Of a stretch of DNA of 64,000 nucleotides, positions 31,923-41,849 are shown piece by piece. The notes under the pieces are model-generated. The model saw only the letters and a program-made list of their open reading frames with translations, was not told where the DNA came from and made no database searches. This stretch comes from Cyanophyceae cyanobacterium (lineage in GTDB: Bacteria > Cyanobacteriota > Cyanobacteriia > Cyanobacteriales > Laspinemataceae): NCBI GenBank assembly GCA_038321985.1, contig JBBQFN010000001.1:384001-448000 (forward strand), given 5' to 3'. Position 1 is the stretch's first letter; the number at the start of each line of letters is the position of its first letter. The translations under genes were made by a program, and so were the position numbers.

Positions 31923-32990
31923 TTACAAATCGAGGTCGCTGCTTTTGCTTTTTTGCTGTAAAGCGGTTTGTTGAAGAGAATGCTTCCGTAATTTCTGCTG
32001 ATACACTTGTTCCAACCGGGCGATCGCCGTGGCGAGATCGCCATTACCGACATCCTGAAACGAAGGCCACACGGGAATTACCTGAATTGCGGAATAGTCA
32101 AACCACCCGGCCTCGATATCCTCTAACACCCCGTATTCTTCCAACAGGGCAATCACGGCGCGGTCTTGATTGGCCGGGGAAAAATCCTCAGCCCCTATTT
32201 TTTTAGCCATCCGGTCCCAAGTGGTACTGAGAAACTGGTACTTTCCAGCGGCATCGGAACAAAGCCGGGACCCGTAACTCCACCCACACTTGATCTCCCG
32301 AGGATGATCCTCAAAACTGGAAAACAGGGTTCCGGTAAACTGCATCCGATAGGCATCCGGACCCGCTGTCCCTTCTGCCCAGGCGATCGTATCCAGAAAG
32401 GCATAGACGTAAGCGGCTTTGAGGGCGGCGACGTTCTGGGGTTTAGCCCGGGGCGATTGCTGTGAGAGGGTCACTTGTTCGAGGGTTTCCGCTTGGGAAT
32501 TCAGATGGGATGCAATGGTTAGGGTAACCCCGGCCAAGCAGACGACGCACAGAAACCAAGCCCGGGTCTGATGGGTTTTCCGGGACCCTGGCCTAGATCT
32601 GTGTCTTAAGGTCGATTCTAATTTAGCCAAGACCCCGGCCAGAGTCTTGGAACCGTCAGGCGATCGCCCTTTAACCCGGACTTTGGGCCACTGTTCCAGG
32701 GGAATGTTTACCGGCAACAGCCCCCGGTGATACCAATAGGCAAATAGAGACTTGAGGGCAGACAAGCGCGCTTGAGCCTGGGAGGGTGGAATGCGACGGG
32801 TGGCAAGGGTTTGGGCAAAGGCCAGGACATCGGCTAACGTCACTACAGCCAGGGGTTTCTCGACAAAGGTTACAAACTCTCTCACCCATAAGTGGCGATC
32901 GCGGCGTTGATGGGGCGGCTGTTGTTGCAGCCAAAGTTGAATCGCTTCGCGATCGAGGTTGGTTTGAGTTTTTAGAGTGTCTGGGTTCAT
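31923..32990 (-). CDS. Fusion of an integrase N-terminal SAM-like domain, a TM helix and a lambda-type lysozyme/lytic transglycosylase (GH104-like)
   Basis: N-terminus KPLAVVTLADVLAFA...RLSALKSLF...GLLPVN; TM at about aa 144-161; C-terminus AFLDTIAWAEGT, FEDHPR, AAGKYQFLSTTW, DFSPANQDRA. AGGAG RBS. Confidence 0.8.
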   Translation of the reverse strand: MNPDTLKTQTNLDREAIQLWLQQQPPHQRRDRHLWVREFVTFVEKPLAVVTLADVLAFAQTLATRRIPPSQAQARLSALKSLFAYWYHRGLLPVNIPLEQWPKVRVKGRSPDGSKTLAGVLAKLESTLRHRSRPGSRKTHQTRAWFLCVVCLAGVTLTIASHLNSQAETLEQVTLSQQSPRAKPQNVAALKAAYVYAFLDTIAWAEGTAGPDAYRMQFTGTLFSSFEDHPREIKCGWSYGSRLCSDAAGKYQFLSTTWDRMAKKIGAEDFSPANQDRAVIALLEEYGVLEDIEAGWFDYSAIQVIPVWPSFQDVGNGDLATAIARLEQVYQQKLRKHSLQQTALQQKSKSSDLDL

Positions 32991-33754
32991 GAAAAATCTC
33001 CTGTTTTTCCGTTTTCCCCGGGGAATTGTCCGGTAAGGTCCACCTGTGCCCAGGCGTTAATCCTTGGTTCTAGGAGGGTTCGGGCATTCAACTCCCCGAG
33101 GGACGATGGGAGATTTAACCCATTCCCAGGCATTGAGCGGCGATCGCCTGATTCGGCCAAGGCGCTTCCTATACATCAGGGTTGCATTTCCCTTGACGCC
33201 AAAAAACACCCCCCAGATAGACCTCACTGAAGTGATTCCTCAAGCCTAGAGGGGCAATCTCACCCAATAGGGAGATCCTAAATCTCTGTAGTCCAAGTTA
33301 GTTTAATTCTAGGGTTCCCAGGTTTCGAGAATTATCAATATTTATCAATAAAAATACGACTAAATAAAAAACTAAGGGTGGTACAATAATAGGCTGTCTA
33401 TTTATCCATTTTAGTCGGATTTAGTACGCTCATTCAACGATCCCTAATCAGCAGAAGGTGAACAAAAGGAACTGTGACCCCGAGGATTTATCCAAAAAGT
33501 CAGGGTTGGACTTCACCCATTTTTCCCGAAAATTGCTCCGGCAAAAGTTAGGCAGTCTCACCTAAAAACCGAGTTTCTGAATCCAGATCAGGGTTCCGAA
33601 TCGACCCATTCTTTGAGAAAGGCGGCGATCAACTGATGAAGGCAGTCGCCCCTTAAGCTGGGGAGAAAAGCTAGATTGAGCCGCAAGCACTACCCACTAG
33701 GGGAAGACTGAGGGATAATAGTCAGGAGGAGTCTGTGCCGTATAAAGGAAGTCG

Positions 33755-35710
33755 ATGAGCATCTTTACCCTACAATCCGTCAAAAAAGATTTTGGCATTA
33801 AAGAAATCCTCCGGGATGCGAGCTTTAGCCTCAATCCCACCGATAAAGTGGGCTTGATCGGCACGAACGGATCGGGCAAATCTACCTTATTGAAGATGAT
33901 TGCCCGCTTAGAATCAGTCGATGGCGGTCAAATTTTAGTCAATTCTGGGGTGAGGATCGTGTACCTCCCCCAGCAACCGGATCTCGATGAAAAACGCACC
34001 GTATTAGAGCAGGTTTTTGCCGACTGCGGCGATCGCATGAACCTTGTGCGGGAGTATGAGGATCTTAGTCATAAAATCGCCCGCACCCCTGAAGATGGGC
34101 AGTTAATGGCGCGGTTATCCGAAGTCATGCACCAAATGGAAACCAGCGGCGCGTGGGAACTCGAAACCCAAGCCAAAATTATCCTCACCCAGTTGGGAAT
34201 TGAAGATTTTGATGCGGAAATAGGGACACTTTCCGGGGGATATCGCAAGCGAATCGCCCTTGCTGCTGCTTTACTCAGCGATCCAGATGTGCTGCTGATG
34301 GATGAGCCCACAAACCATTTGGATGCGATATCTGTGGAGTGGTTGCAGAGTTATCTCAATAGCTTTCGCGGTGCAATTTTACTCATCACCCACGATCGCT
34401 ATTTTCTTGATCGCGTCACCAATCGGATTATCGAATTGGATCGCGGCGAACTTTACACTTACGATGGCAATTATTCTTATTATTTAGAAAAAAAAGCCCT
34501 AGCTGAAGAAGCAGCAGCCAGTCAGGAACGCAAACATTATGGAGTATTGCGCCGGGAATTAGAATGGCTGAGTCGCGGACCCAAAGCCCGCAGTACCAAG
34601 CAAAAAGCGCGGATTGGTCGGGCGATGGATCTCCAGGATAAGGAGTTTAAACAAAGCCTGGGGAAAGTGGAAATTTCCACCGCCAGTCGGCGGATTGGCA
34701 AGAAGGCGATCGAGCTAGAAAATGTCACCAAAGCCTTTGGCGATCGCACGCTAATCCATGATTTCTCCTTTAAATTTAGTCCCGATGACCGGATCGGTAT
34801 TATCGGCAAAAATGGCATCGGTAAATCAACTTTACTCGATATCATTACCGGACGGATACCCCCCGATTCAGGAGTTGTAGAAATTGGCAGTACCATTCAT
34901 ATTGGTTATTTTGACCAACACTGTGATGATTTACTCGCCGCCCTCAATGAAAATCAACGGGCGATCGATTACGTCAAGGAAGAAGCGGAATTAGTCAAAA
35001 CTGCCGATGGATTACAAATTACTGCCTCTCAAATGTTAGAGCGGTTTTTGTTCCCCCCGAATCAACAATATTTACCCATTCATAAACTTTCTGGGGGAGA
35101 AAAACGGCGACTGTTTTTACTCCGCGTCTTGATGAGCGCCCCAAATATTCTAATTTTGGACGAACCCACCAATGATTTAGACGTGCAAACGTTATCAGTC
35201 CTAGAAGATTACCTGGAGGATTTCAACGGATGTGCGATCGTTGTTTCGCACGATCGCTATTTTCTTGATCGCACTGTTAATACAATTTTTTCCTTAGAAG
35301 AAGGCGGTAACATCCGTCAGTATCCCGGTAACTATACGGTTTACCTCGACTACCAACAAGCAGAAGCATCGGAAGCAGCAAGGCAGGCAACCTCCCTGCA
35401 AAACGAGAAAAAACGCGACTCCCAAACCACAACGGTTGACAAATCGGAACGGGTTAGCTGGGATAAAAATCGTCAGCGCAAACTCTCCTCAAAGGAAAAG
35501 CGTGAGTATCAGCAACTTGAAGAAAAAATTGCCCAAATGGAAGCTGAAAAAGCCGCTACCGAAAAATCTCTTTATTATGCTGAACCGGGAGCAGTGACTG
35601 AAGTCCAAAAACTACACGCTCGTGTTCAGTCTTTAGCTCGGGAAATTGAAGTAGCCACCGAACGTTGGATGGAATTAGCGGAAATTGAGAGTTCATATTC
35701 TAATAATTAA
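33755..35710 (+). CDS. ABC-F family ATPase (Uup-like)
   Basis: Two ABC cassettes (GTNGSGKST/LSGGYRKR/DEPTNHLD and GKNGIGKST/LSGGEKRR/DEPTNDLD), no TM, C-terminal ERWMEL coil. Confidence 0.93.
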   Translation: MSIFTLQSVKKDFGIKEILRDASFSLNPTDKVGLIGTNGSGKSTLLKMIARLESVDGGQILVNSGVRIVYLPQQPDLDEKRTVLEQVFADCGDRMNLVREYEDLSHKIARTPEDGQLMARLSEVMHQMETSGAWELETQAKIILTQLGIEDFDAEIGTLSGGYRKRIALAAALLSDPDVLLMDEPTNHLDAISVEWLQSYLNSFRGAILLITHDRYFLDRVTNRIIELDRGELYTYDGNYSYYLEKKALAEEAAASQERKHYGVLRRELEWLSRGPKARSTKQKARIGRAMDLQDKEFKQSLGKVEISTASRRIGKKAIELENVTKAFGDRTLIHDFSFKFSPDDRIGIIGKNGIGKSTLLDIITGRIPPDSGVVEIGSTIHIGYFDQHCDDLLAALNENQRAIDYVKEEAELVKTADGLQITASQMLERFLFPPNQQYLPIHKLSGGEKRRLFLLRVLMSAPNILILDEPTNDLDVQTLSVLEDYLEDFNGCAIVVSHDRYFLDRTVNTIFSLEEGGNIRQYPGNYTVYLDYQQAEASEAARQATSLQNEKKRDSQTTTVDKSERVSWDKNRQRKLSSKEKREYQQLEEKIAQMEAEKAATEKSLYYAEPGAVTEVQKLHARVQSLAREIEVATERWMELAEIESSYSNN

Positions 35711-35747
35711 TCTAAAAAAATCGGTGTAATTTTCATGTTTGGGAGTC

Positions 35748-35781
35748 CAGTTCCCTCCCCGATGCCTTGGTGAGGGAACTG
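35748..35781 (+). terminator. Hairpin after the ABC-F gene
   Basis: CAGTTCCCTC / GAGGGAACTG, 10-bp inverted repeat. Confidence 0.5.
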
Positions 35782-35909
35782 AAATTTACCTTTTCTAGAT
35801 TAAATTAGCTTAAAATTTTTACCCTGATTAGGGGGTAGGGACAATTAATAGCCCTTAAAAAACAACCGGAATGATTTAGAATAAACCTGTTACTTCTTAT
35901 CCGTTAATT

Positions 35910-36533
35910 ATGAACATAACCTGTCAGAATATCCTCAAAAATAACGAACATCTTTGGCATGAAGCTACAGTGCATCCATTTTTGGAAAGTTGTAAACAAG
36001 GAACCATTACGCCAGAGCAATTTAATACCTGGCTGGTTCAAGACTATCAATTTGTAGTGGAATTTACACGGATGTTGGCCCGGATTTTAGCCGTTGCCCC
36101 CCGCCATCATTTTGATCTACTTTTAGGGGGATTAACTGCCCTGAAAGATGAATTAAATTGGTTTCAAGTTAAAGCCGCAGAACGGGATTTATCCTTAGAT
36201 GTTGCCAAACAAACTACCTGTGAAGAATATAGCCAGTTTATGGAGAGTCTGACCCTTACCCCTTATCCCGTGCAAGCTACAGGATTGTGGGCAATCGAAT
36301 TGGCGTATAATCAAGGTTGGCAATTGCCCGGACCCATGCCGGAACCTTATACCGAGTTCGCCGATCGCTGGGGAAATCCGGGCTTTACGGATTACGTTAA
36401 GTTGTTAGAAAAACAAGCTGATGAGGGGCTGGTTAATGCCTCAGAATCCCTCCAAAAAGAAGCGCAACAAACTTTGATAACCGTGGCTCATTTTGAAAAA
36501 GCATTTTGGCAAATGGCATTTAATGCAGCCTAA
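35910..36533 (+). CDS. TenA family protein (thiamine salvage, TenA_E-like)
   Basis: ATVHPFL, FNTWLVQDY, LWAIELAYNQGW, FADRWG and EKAFWQMA. Confidence 0.85.
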   Translation: MNITCQNILKNNEHLWHEATVHPFLESCKQGTITPEQFNTWLVQDYQFVVEFTRMLARILAVAPRHHFDLLLGGLTALKDELNWFQVKAAERDLSLDVAKQTTCEEYSQFMESLTLTPYPVQATGLWAIELAYNQGWQLPGPMPEPYTEFADRWGNPGFTDYVKLLEKQADEGLVNASESLQKEAQQTLITVAHFEKAFWQMAFNAA

Positions 36534-36612
36534 GCCAATCGGTGTTAGAAAGGCCATCAATACTGTCTTTATTTCAGCTTAAATCAAGTTGACGATCTTT
36601 TCAGCCCGTTGC

Positions 36613-36654
36613 AGCATCTTGCTCCCTTGCTTCACTAGGGAGCGAGATGCTCCC
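36613..36654. repeat. REP-like inverted repeat
   Basis: AGCATCTTGCTCCCT / AGGGAGCGAGATGCT(CCC), between convergent genes. Related to the motif at 20192. Confidence 0.65.
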
Positions 36655-36734
36655 ACTCTTTAATCTAGGGTTCAACTGATTTAGACAGGCTCTAAGGAAA
36701 TTTTAAATGGATTGCCTCTAATAATTCTCCTGAA

Positions 36735-37454
36735 TTACATTGCATCCATTCCCGTCAAATAATTATAATTACCCTCGCCAACTGACTTATTCAAAGTGTG
36801 AAGAATTGAAGAGGAGTTATCGTAAGGTCCGCTCTGATAAAAGGGCTTCCCATCTTTTCCAAATTCGAGTTTAAGTTCGCCATTCCACTCCCCTAAATGT
36901 TCTCGGGCTTTTTCAAAATCATGATGAGGTTTAAAGCCTAATTTTTCCGCATATTCAACCGCCCCGAAGACAATCGCTTGGGCTTCAGTTAAGGAGATTT
37001 CGTGGGAACCCCCGGGGAAGGGTTCATAATACATAGAAATAAGTTGTTCGTATTCACTGCGGTTGTATTTGCGGGGTCCGGAAGCATCTTTCACTCCCAA
37101 ACACCAATAATCAACGAGGTAAGAACAGAGAATAAAGCGGTTAAAACCGGGCGATCGCGTTACGGTAACAACAGCAAAACCACTCTCGTGGTTGTTTTCT
37201 GGATCCTCTACGGAGTCGGTGGCGATCGCTGCTTGAGCGGGGAATAAGCGGGATACGCAGTTAACATTAATTAAACACTGTACCACCGGCGCTAATTCTC
37301 CCGATTCTGCACGGGCGATCGCCACCGACTCCGCTTGTCCCTTCAAAAACGCCGTGACTTCTGAAACTTTCAACCCCATTTTTCGGGCGATTTGCTTAGG
37401 GGTTAACTTGCCGGACCGTAAGCTCAGAATTTCTTGGGTTTGTTCGGTATTCAT
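36735..37454 (-). CDS. Hypothetical protein with an N-terminal HTH
   Basis: LTPKQIARKMGLKVSEV is HTH-like. Conserved-looking YLVDYWCLGVKDA, LGFKPHHDF and GKPFYQSGPYD. Confidence 0.8.
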   Translation of the reverse strand: MNTEQTQEILSLRSGKLTPKQIARKMGLKVSEVTAFLKGQAESVAIARAESGELAPVVQCLINVNCVSRLFPAQAAIATDSVEDPENNHESGFAVVTVTRSPGFNRFILCSYLVDYWCLGVKDASGPRKYNRSEYEQLISMYYEPFPGGSHEISLTEAQAIVFGAVEYAEKLGFKPHHDFEKAREHLGEWNGELKLEFGKDGKPFYQSGPYDNSSSILHTLNKSVGEGNYNYLTGMDAM

Positions 37455-37650
37455 CCTTTTCTCCGAGTGACTCCTTTCTTAGAATACAACAATCCCGGAA
37501 TCCCAATTATGAGCACAAAGATAAAACCCAAAAATTCATCCTTCCCAATCTCCCCCTGTCAACAACCGGCGCTCTACGGTAAAATAGGTGGGTTGTGGGC
37601 GATCGCCCCACAGATTCCCATTCAATTTTGCAAAATTCTAGGAGAAACCT

Positions 37651-38070
37651 ATGTCTCGTGCCATTATGGAAACCGAAAAAGGAACGATTAATCTGGATCT
37701 GTTCGACAAAGATGCCCCGAAGACAGTGGAAAATTTCACCAAATTATCGGAAAGTGGATTTTATGATGGAAAAACTTTTCATCGCGTTATCGCCAATTTT
37801 ATGATCCAAGGGGGATGTCCCAATGGCGATGGAACTGGGGGTCCGGGTTATAAAATTAAATGTGAAATTAACCCGAATAAACATCTTTCCGGTAGTTTGT
37901 CAATGGCCCATGCGGGTCCCAATACCGGAGGCAGCCAATTTTTTATTTGCCACTCTCCGCAAGCCCATTTAGATGGAAAGCATACGGTTTTTGGCAAAAC
38001 TGAAGATATGGATGTGGTTGATTCTATTCGGGCTGGAGATAAAATTCTCTCGGTTAAAATTGAGAAATAA
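37651..38070 (+). CDS. Cyclophilin-type peptidyl-prolyl isomerase
   Basis: [26 protein letters not shown] and LDGKHTVFG. Confidence 0.96.
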   Translation: MSRAIMETEKGTINLDLFDKDAPKTVENFTKLSESGFYDGKTFHRVIANFMIQGGCPNGDGTGGPGYKIKCEINPNKHLSGSLSMAHAGPNTGGSQFFICHSPQAHLDGKHTVFGKTEDMDVVDSIRAGDKILSVKIEK

Positions 38071-38091
38071 TTAAGTAAAACAAGTCGCTTA

Positions 38092-38119
38092 GGTAGGGGT
38101 TCAAACTGATTCCCCTACC
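38092..38119. terminator. Hairpin between convergent genes
   Basis: GGTAGGGG / CCCCTACC inverted repeat. Confidence 0.45.
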
Positions 38120-38128
38120 GTCTCCAAT

Positions 38129-39256
38129 TTAATACAGTTCATATTTGAGTAACGTACAAGGCAAAGACCCATTGTAAACCGGAATGCGGCGTGAGGGTCG
38201 CAATCCAACTTTTTTGGTGAGTTCTTTGTTGCCCGATAAAATATAAGCAGTCCACCCGGTAAAACGCTGTTTCAAAATATCCCCAATGGATTTATAAAAA
38301 TCCCCCAATTGGTGAACTTCTCCGAGACGTTCTCCGTAGGGAGGATTGCAGATAAAAATGCCGCTTTCAGCAGGGGGTTCGATATGATAAAATTCTTGGG
38401 TTGAAAATTGAATATGAGCGTCTAATCCGCAGTTTTTAGCATTAATATGCGCTTGTTGGATGACGGCGCGATCGCGATCGCTGCCGTAAATCGGCGCAGT
38501 CAATTCGTTTTTTTGACCCTCTAAGGCTTCTTGGTGCAATTCGTCCCACAGTTTCGAGTCAAAGTCACGCCAACTCATAAACCCAAACCGTTCTCTAAAC
38601 AATCCCGGGGCGATATTTAAGGCTTTTAACCCCGCCTCTAAGGGTAAAGTCCCGGATCCACAAAGGGGGTCTAAAAACGTCTGTTCGGGAGAATATTCAG
38701 CGAGTTCTAAAATAGCTGCGGCTAAACTTTCTTTCAGGGGTGCAGTTCCCATTGCCGGACGGTATCCGCGCCGATGTAAGCTGGTGCCAGAACTATCTAA
38801 ACTCAGGATAGCGCGATCGCCGTGAATGTGGAGATTCACTAACAAATCGGGGTCTTTGGGATCGACGGTAGACCGTTCTCCGGTGCGATCGCGTTGTTGG
38901 TCTACGATCGCATTTTTTACCTGTAATGCAGTAAAATGAGTGTGATTCAGTCTTTGATTGCTGCCCGTACAATTCACTGCTAGGGTATTACTGGGATCAA
39001 GATACTCTTCCCAATCAATAGCTTGTACTTCCCGATACAGCATTTCGGCATTTTGACAATAAAATTCTCGAATCGGAACGAGAACGCGAAATAGAGTTCT
39101 CGCCCACAAATTAACCCGGTAAAGTAAGGCGCGATCGCCTGAAAAATGGACTCCTGTAAAGTCCGGGCGAACATCGCGAGCACCTAACCGTTCTAACTCT
39201 TGGACGGCAATGGGTTCTAAACCCCGAGCGACAGTAGCAAAGTATTCAGTCATCAT
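38129..39256 (-). CDS. THUMP-domain RNA methyltransferase (RlmL-like)
   Basis: SLHRRGYR, APLKESLAA, DPLCGSGT and NPPYGER. Confidence 0.92.
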   Translation of the reverse strand: MMTEYFATVARGLEPIAVQELERLGARDVRPDFTGVHFSGDRALLYRVNLWARTLFRVLVPIREFYCQNAEMLYREVQAIDWEEYLDPSNTLAVNCTGSNQRLNHTHFTALQVKNAIVDQQRDRTGERSTVDPKDPDLLVNLHIHGDRAILSLDSSGTSLHRRGYRPAMGTAPLKESLAAAILELAEYSPEQTFLDPLCGSGTLPLEAGLKALNIAPGLFRERFGFMSWRDFDSKLWDELHQEALEGQKNELTAPIYGSDRDRAVIQQAHINAKNCGLDAHIQFSTQEFYHIEPPAESGIFICNPPYGERLGEVHQLGDFYKSIGDILKQRFTGWTAYILSGNKELTKKVGLRPSRRIPVYNGSLPCTLLKYELY

Positions 39257-39374
39257 GAAGGATAGTTTATCAGAAAAGCGTCCGCCCAGACCCTTTAAAA
39301 TGATATTTCTCTGGCCCGAAAATTCTGGAAAACGCCGAATTCCTGGGTGACGGATTAGGAAAACCGGGGTGCGA

Positions 39375-41849
39375 TTATGATCCCACGGGTGAACTTGAAT
39401 CCTCTTCTCGCAGTCGGCTATACAATGGCAGCTTAACGGTAAATGCTGTTCCCAATCCTACCTCACTTTTAACCAAAATTTCACCGCCATGTAAGTCGGT
39501 ACTCCGTTTTACCATTGCCAATCCCAAACCCGTACCGGGGATATTCCCAACATTTCCGCAACGGTGGAATGTTTCAAAAAGACGAGGTATTTCATCGGGG
39601 GGAATGCCAATTCCCAAATCTTTAATCAGGAAAATAACCTCGGTTTCAGTAAAACTGAGTTCAAAATAAACTTCGCCGCCATTAGGGGAGTATTTAATGG
39701 CATTGGAAAGTAAGTTATTTAAAATGTAACGTAATAATTTTTCATCAAAATAAGGCTTGGTAAACCTAGATTCAGGAAACTCGTTGGGGTATTTTTTTAC
39801 AAAATTGATAGTATATTCTTTTGTAGCCGAAAATTGAAATTCTTCCACAATTCCTTCACAAAAGGGAAAAAGTTCAAGGGGTTGGGGATTAAAGGGAAGT
39901 TGACTCATTTCGGCCCGTCCGATGAATAGCACATCTTCTAGCAATTGAGTCATATTTACGGTAGCCGATTGAATGCGGTGCAGGGCTTGGACCTTTTTAT
40001 CCATTTTGTCATTGGGCCATTCTTCTAAATAATATTCGAGTAAATCAGCAGAGGAAAGAATGGTGGTCATGGGGGTGCGGAATTCGTGAGAAACCATTGA
40101 AACAAACCGGGTTCTAAATTCCATAATTTCTCGTTCTTTCGCTAAGGCATGACGCAGTTGCTCCTCCGCTCTCTTGAGTTCTGTAATATCTTCAGAAATT
40201 CCGGCAATGCGGTAGATTTTACCTTCTTCGTCACGGATGGGAAAACCCCGATCGCGAATCCACCGAATGGAACCATCTGGACGAATGATCCGATATTCCC
40301 GATCGAGGCGGTCTAAGGGCATTAATCCCGTGAGGACAGCTTGGCGATCGTCGGGATGAATCGCCTCTAAACGGGCCGTAGGTTTCTCATACAATTGCTG
40401 GCGTTCTAGTCCCCAAATTTCCTCGTAAGCTGGGGAAACATACAGGATTTGAGTATAGTTTGGATCACTGATCCAAAAGACCTCTTCGATATTTTCGGCT
40501 AACTGGCGGAAGCGTTCCTCGCTGGCTTGAACGGCTGCTTCTGCTAATTTACGTTCCGTGATATCTCGTCCCACGGATTGAAACTCACACAATACCCCTT
40601 GAGCGTCAAAAATAGCGCGATCGGTCCACTGTTGCCAGCGCAGGTCGCCATTGGGCATCATGATCCGGCGTTCTTGGGTAACAACAGGCATGGCGACGGG
40701 ATTGCGATCAATATCGGGTATCAAAGAGACCACCGATCCATCCATGAGTTCTTGGCGACTCACGCCGAAATAGCGGCAGTAGGCATCATTAACAAAGGTC
40801 AGGGTACCATCCGGGGCAAACCGACAAATCAGTTCGGTTTGATCTTCAACAATGGCACGATAGCGAGCTTCAGAAGAACGCAGGGCTACTTCTGCTAAGG
40901 CACGCTCTTTATGAAGGGACACGGCGGCGGCGGCAGCCCGTAGAATAGAGACTTCTGACTCGGACCAAACCCGAGGTTCTGTGCAATTATCAAAGCGAAT
41001 AAACCCGAAGAATTCGCCATGCACAATTAGGGGCAAAATCAGCAGAGATTGGATTCCGGCTTCTTCTAAAATTTTTCGTTCTGAGTCTGGAAAATTACTC
41101 ACAACATCAGCGATCACTTCTCCTTGGGCTAAGAGCGATACCCACCGATCCATGAGTACGGGTGCTTTCAAGGAAAAACATTGAGCCGGTTCGGGATGAG
41201 TTTCGGATCCATCTTGAATTTTTAACTCTTCGCAACTCCACTGTGCCACGAGGAGCGGGGAGTGATCCGTTTGTTCAGGATTGCTTGCAGACAGGGGGGG
41301 GTTTTGGCATAAGTAGACCCGGCTAGCATGAGCTGATTGTCCCAAGGGTTTGAGAATTTCCGTGTAGGGGTAGGTGGGAGTATTACCTGTGTTGGGATCT
41401 CCCTTAAAGGCGAGGAGTCGGCGCTGCACCTCTACTAAGGCTTCTAACTGCTGGTTGGCGTGGCTAAGTTGTTGGGTTAAGCCGTGTAATCGTAAGGCGG
41501 CACGCACCCGCGCTAGGAACTCTTCGGTTTCGATGGGTTTGGAGAGAAAATCATCGGCTCCGGTGTTGAGTCCCTTGATGCGATCGCCAACTTCTTCTCG
41601 TGCGGTGAGTAGGATGAAAAACATCGGTGCAAGTTCCGGATCGGACTTGATTTTCTGACACACCTCTAATCCATCCAATCCGGGCATCATCCAATCGCAA
41701 ACAATCAAATCAGGTTCCAGTTTTCTGGCAAGACGCAAGCCCTCAATGCCATCACTAGCCACGGTGATATTATGTCCGTCGCTCTCGAGTAAGTCTTGGA
41801 GGACTAACTGCACGGTTATGTCATCATCAACAATTAGGATTTTAGCCAT
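39375..41849 (-). CDS. Hybrid kinase REC-GAF-PAS-PAS-HisKA-HATPase
   Basis: REC CDWMMP, GAF FFGFIRFDNC, PAS IVEDQTELICRF and LAENIEEVFW, SHEFRTP, NAIKYS, GTGLGL. Confidence 0.92.
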   Translation of the reverse strand: MAKILIVDDDITVQLVLQDLLESDGHNITVASDGIEGLRLARKLEPDLIVCDWMMPGLDGLEVCQKIKSDPELAPMFFILLTAREEVGDRIKGLNTGADDFLSKPIETEEFLARVRAALRLHGLTQQLSHANQQLEALVEVQRRLLAFKGDPNTGNTPTYPYTEILKPLGQSAHASRVYLCQNPPLSASNPEQTDHSPLLVAQWSCEELKIQDGSETHPEPAQCFSLKAPVLMDRWVSLLAQGEVIADVVSNFPDSERKILEEAGIQSLLILPLIVHGEFFGFIRFDNCTEPRVWSESEVSILRAAAAAVSLHKERALAEVALRSSEARYRAIVEDQTELICRFAPDGTLTFVNDAYCRYFGVSRQELMDGSVVSLIPDIDRNPVAMPVVTQERRIMMPNGDLRWQQWTDRAIFDAQGVLCEFQSVGRDITERKLAEAAVQASEERFRQLAENIEEVFWISDPNYTQILYVSPAYEEIWGLERQQLYEKPTARLEAIHPDDRQAVLTGLMPLDRLDREYRIIRPDGSIRWIRDRGFPIRDEEGKIYRIAGISEDITELKRAEEQLRHALAKEREIMEFRTRFVSMVSHEFRTPMTTILSSADLLEYYLEEWPNDKMDKKVQALHRIQSATVNMTQLLEDVLFIGRAEMSQLPFNPQPLELFPFCEGIVEEFQFSATKEYTINFVKKYPNEFPESRFTKPYFDEKLLRYILNNLLSNAIKYSPNGGEVYFELSFTETEVIFLIKDLGIGIPPDEIPRLFETFHRCGNVGNIPGTGLGLAMVKRSTDLHGGEILVKSEVGLGTAFTVKLPLYSRLREEDSSSPVGS

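Noticed and set aside
31923..32990. Prophage or integrative element implied by integrase-like and lysozyme domains
   Set aside because: No catalytic integrase domain, att-like repeats, tRNA or phage structural genes, and HIP1 sites occur in the gene as in host DNA.
33620..33675. CTGATGA...GAAA as a hammerhead ribozyme core
   Set aside because: Stem II and the flanking stems do not pair as required.
35820..35845. ACCCTGAT...GTAGGGA as a TPP riboswitch upstream of the TenA gene
   Set aside because: The CTGAGA motif and P5 stem are missing and the spacing is too short.
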